Source of the DNA: an uncultured Chloroflexia bacterium | Lineage (GTDB): Bacteria; Chloroflexota; Limnocylindria; Limnocylindrales; CSP1-4 | Assembly: GCA_963813335.1 (NCBI GenBank) | Contig: CAWEYL010000001.1 | Span: 352,001-416,000 of the forward strand | Reading direction: 5' to 3' | DNA length: 64,000 nucleotides | Part shown: positions 60,981 to 64,000 of the stretch, one piece after another | How positions within the stretch are numbered: position 1 is the stretch's first letter | Layout of the letters: the number at the start of each line of letters is the position of its first letter | Notes under the pieces: generated by a model | What the model was told of the DNA's origin: nothing | Database searches by the model: none | What the model saw: only the letters and a program-made list of their open reading frames with translations | Translations under genes and position numbers: made by a program

Positions 60981-62521
60981 TCACCTCGCGCCGTCCATCG
61001 CGCCGAAGTCGCGTTGGACGCCCAGCGGGCCGACCTCGATCACGTCTCTCTTCAGGTGCGCGATCCGGATACCGAGCTCGTTCCGCGCCTCGACGATCCG
61101 ATCCCCGGTAGTGGTCGCCGTCAGGATCCGGGCGCCACGACGCCGTGACCGTAGGTCGTCGCGTACTCGAGGACCCAGGCTTCACGGAAGGCCGCCATCC
61201 GTGCGGCCAGACCCGTCCCCGTCGGAGTGCCGAGCACGATGAATTCGTCACCGCCATCGCGGATCGCCATCGACTCCGGGATCCGTGCCAGCGCCTGGGC
61301 GAACGTCCGCAGCACCTCGTCGCCCTTCGCCATGCCGAAGGCGTTGTTGAACGTCCCGAACCCAGCGAGATCGATGAAGGCCACGTCGATCGGACGCTGC
61401 CGCGAGCCCGGGGACGGCCTCGAACAGGCGCTCCAGATCGGCGAAATAGCCGTAGAACGGAAGCCCCGTTCGTCGGTCGCGGTTGGTCACGGCGAGGTGC
61501 GGCCAGGCGAACCGGGCAGAGAACGGCAGTGACGACCGACGCAGCCACGCGAGCACCTCGACCGTCAGCCAGGTCGCCTCGGGACCGCATGCCCGCCACC
61601 AGCCGTCCGGTCGCTGACGGCTCGCGAAGCAAACGGCCGTCGGCGCAGGGTCGAATGCCGGATCGAGCCCCGCAAGCAGCTCGGCTGCCACGAACGTCGT
61701 CAGCTCGTCCGATCCACCGTCGCCATCGCCCCAGCCGCCGTCGTCGCGCTGCTGCGCCCGGACGAATGCGGTCAGGACGCCGGCGAGGTTGGGATGGACT
61801 CCGAGCGCGACCAGCCCGGTCGCGAGTTGGGCACTACCCGAGACGAGCGGCACGTCATGGAACGGGAAGCGTGTCCCGAGCACCCGCCGCCCGCCTTCCG
61901 GGCGGAGGTGGCGTACGACCCTGCGATCGCAGCCGCGAACGGGTACAGCAAGGTCAAGGCCCCCGGTCGGCGGGCCATCGCCCAGAGCGCCCAGGTGTCC
62001 GCCCACGCCCGGAGTTCCTGCACCCAGCCGGCGGCGTCGCGGCGAACCTTGGGGAGCGCCTCGTCGAGGAACGCCCGAGCCAGATCGCCGCTTGCACCCG
62101 ATCTGCGGGCGATATCACTCAGGAGGTCGAGGCTGTCCGTCAGGATGATCGGTGTGAGCAGGCGCTCGATGTCCTCGAGTGGGCGTGCCGCTCGCTCGGC
62201 CCATGCCGTGGCGTCGGCGGTGCGCCATGGTTGCCAGCTCTCGATCGGTCCGATCCACTCGGGGAACGAGCCGGTGAAGCGAGGCGTGATGCCGGGGAAG
62301 CGGGGATAGATGCCCCAGCGGTAGCGGATCGCGCCGGTCTCTCGGGTGACGCCCGGGGCCCAGCGCGACAGGAGATCGCCGGCATCGACATCGAGACCTA
62401 CGTCCCGGCGGCCACGCAGCACGGCAACCGGGAACAGCGGGTCATCATCGGTTCCGGTTCGGGCGATCGCGGCGGACCCGTCGGCGATCGCGCGTTCGAT
62501 CGAGCGTTCGGTCTCGATCAC
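60981..62521 (-). CDS. Prenyltransferase/terpene-cyclase-like helical domain fused to a C-terminal GGDEF domain (reconstructed across about three frameshifts)
   Basis: QQRDDGGWG and RQRPDGWW (QW-like repeats); DRRTGL, FIDLAGF..FNNAFG..KGDEVLR, RDGGDEF. Confidence 0.6.
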
Positions 62522-62682
62522 GCCTGGCTCGTCGCGGTCAAGCGGCGCATCCTGCCCCTCCGTCGCACTTCGCCCTGTCGGGCGAATGGTCGCGCGCAGG
62601 GTCCGGTCGGGCGATGACCCGAAAGTCCCGTAGGGGTCAGGCGTACGCTTCCCATGCTCGTCGCTCAAAGGACGGTGGTTGC

Positions 62683-63126
62683 GTGAAATCGAGGCGATGG
62701 GCCCTGGTCCTGCTCGCCACAGTGGTCTTGGTGGTCGGCGCTGCCGTCTGGCTGCTTCCGCCGCAACCACCGGCGCTGCCGGCGACGGCCACGGCACTGG
62801 ACTTGCGCACGCAGCCGTGGCGGCCGTGGCCGTTCGGTAGTTTCGGCTGTGGGCTTGCGGCGCTGACGCCGATCCGGGGCGAGCATGTCGGAAGCGCGAT
62901 GGTCTTCGCGGACGAGGCGAGCGGTACCGTCTTGCCGGTCGTGTGGCCCAGCGGCTATTCGGCACGACTGTTGGACGGGCGGGCCGAGCTGGTGCGGCCG
63001 GACGGGTCCGTCCTTGCCCGCGACGGGGACGTGATCAGCAACCTGGCGTCCGGTGCCGCAGATAACGGCGACCTCCTCGTCTGCCTGGATTCCGCATCGG
63101 CGCCCCTGGTCGAACCGTCACCGTGA
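62683..63126 (+). CDS. Hypothetical exported protein
   Basis: N-terminal TM, VVWPSGYSAR, DGSVLARDGD, two Cys. Confidence 0.6.
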   Translation: MKSRRWALVLLATVVLVVGAAVWLLPPQPPALPATATALDLRTQPWRPWPFGSFGCGLAALTPIRGEHVGSAMVFADEASGTVLPVVWPSGYSARLLDGRAELVRPDGSVLARDGDVISNLASGAADNGDLLVCLDSASAPLVEPSP

Positions 63127-63172
63127 TGAGCGCTTTCCGCCTGCCATCCGACTCGGATACCCCCACCGGGTA

Positions 63173-63249
63173 TTGACAAAGGGGTTGACAAATCCCGGCT
63201 CTTCGGGCATGATTCTCACCAACAGGGCTTGTCAAGACTTGACAGGCCC
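63173..63249 (+). promoter_or_regulatory. dnaG promoter region with tandem TTGACA and a 25-bp palindrome
   Basis: TTGACAAA at 63173 and 63185; CATGAT 17 nt after the second; GGGCTTGTCAAG-A-CTTGACAGGCCC at 63225-63249. Confidence 0.7.
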
Positions 63250-63338
63250 ACAGTCATGTCCGGCGCCTGGCGGGGCGGTCGGACGGGTCGATCGGGCGTT
63301 GCGGGGCGGCCGGTCGGATGGGAACCAGGAGGCGCCAT

Positions 63339-64000
63339 TTGGCGGTCGGAGTCGCGGCGGAGGTCAAGAGCAAGCTGTCGGTCGTCGAGGTCGTCGGCGA
63401 GACGGTGACGCTCAAGAAGGCGGGCACCACCTACAAGGGCCTGTGCCCCTTCCACGGTGAGAAGACACCCTCGTTCGTCGTCACCCCGGCCCGCGAGAAC
63501 TGGCACTGCTTCGGCTGCGGCCTGAGCGGCGACATCTTCAGCTTCGTCATGCAGCGCGACGGCGCGACCTTCCCCGAGGCGCTCCGCACCCTCGCCCAGC
63601 GCGCCGGCGTCGAGATCGACGAGCGGACCAAGCGCGAGGACGCCCACAAGGCCCGGCTCCGCCAGGTCCTCGACCACGCGATCGCCTTCTACCACGCGGT
63701 CCTGACCTCGTCGAAGGCCGGCGCCGCCGCCCTCGACTACGTCCACGGCCGCGGCATCACCGACGCCTCGATCGAGGCCTTCCAGCTCGGCTGGGCGCCG
63801 GGCGGCTGGGACCAGATGACCCGCACGCTCCAGGCGAAGCGCGACGTCCGCCCCGAGGAGCTCGTCGAGGTGGGCCTCGCCGCGCCGCGTTCCAACGGTC
63901 GCCAGGGCGTCGTACGACAAGTTCCGCAGCCGGGTGATCTTCCCGATCCGCGACGCATCGGGCCACGCGGTCGGCCTCGGCGGCCGCCTCCTCGAAGGGG
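63339..64000 (+). CDS. dnaG: DNA primase (3' truncated; frameshift near 63910; absent from the ORF track)
   Basis: AGGAGG RBS, TTG start; GLCPFHGEKTPSF..WHCFGCG CHC2 zinc finger; YDKFRSRVIFPIRD. Confidence 0.95.
   Translation, partial: MAVGVAAEVKSKLSVVEVVGETVTLKKAGTTYKGLCPFHGEKTPSFVVTPARENWHCFGCGLSGDIFSFVMQRDGATFPEALRTLAQRAGVEIDERTKREDAHKARLRQVLDHAIAFYHAVLTSSKAGAAALDYVHGRGITDASIEAFQLGWAPGGWDQMTRTLQAKRDVRPEELVEVGLAAPRSNGRQGVVRQVPQPGDLPDPRRIGPRGRPRRPPPRR

Noticed and set aside
1-64000. Many long Arg/Pro/Gly-rich ORFs in the track (e.g. 28464-31118, 54659-57550, 5133-6269 part)
   Set aside because: Shadow or antisense frames of recognisable genes, expected at this GC content; no motifs
1-64000. 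CRISPR array, tRNA, rRNA, transposase or integrase
   Set aside because: No regularly spaced repeats, cloverleaf signatures or recombinase motifs seen by eye

Overview
Very GC-rich, gene-dense chromosomal window, most consistent with a Chloroflexota bacterium (possibly Limnocylindria/Ellin6529-like; this is inferred from gene style and content). It holds about 60 genes. Housekeeping genes are ispE, ridA, glmU, a polyprenyl synthase, recO, glyQS, ppdK, ndh, malic enzyme, glpK and a partial dnaG. Other content: two OmpR-type two-component pairs, a redox block (FNR, NfnAB-like pair, AzoR, USP, type-II P-ATPase, large LuxR/AAA regulator), a tightly coupled uncharacterised 7-gene operon (DUF1326, DUF2182, TetR, NTF2-like, two alpha/beta hydrolases, GT-B glycosyltransferase), a MerR-vWA pair and an apparent prenyltransferase-like/GGDEF fusion. 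No rRNA, tRNA, CRISPR array or transposase was recognised. Many genes, mainly at about 31-50 kb and 58-64 kb, are broken by single-base indels that look like read or assembly errors, so their coordinates are reconstructed across frames. The most notable non-gene signals are a ~90-bp direct repeat that duplicates the 3' end of the FNR gene and flanks the USP/ATPase cassette, shared palindromic operator-like boxes, a three-unit palindromic element at 4.7-5.0 kb, and repeated leaderless-type promoters. All calls come from reading motifs; no database searches were run.
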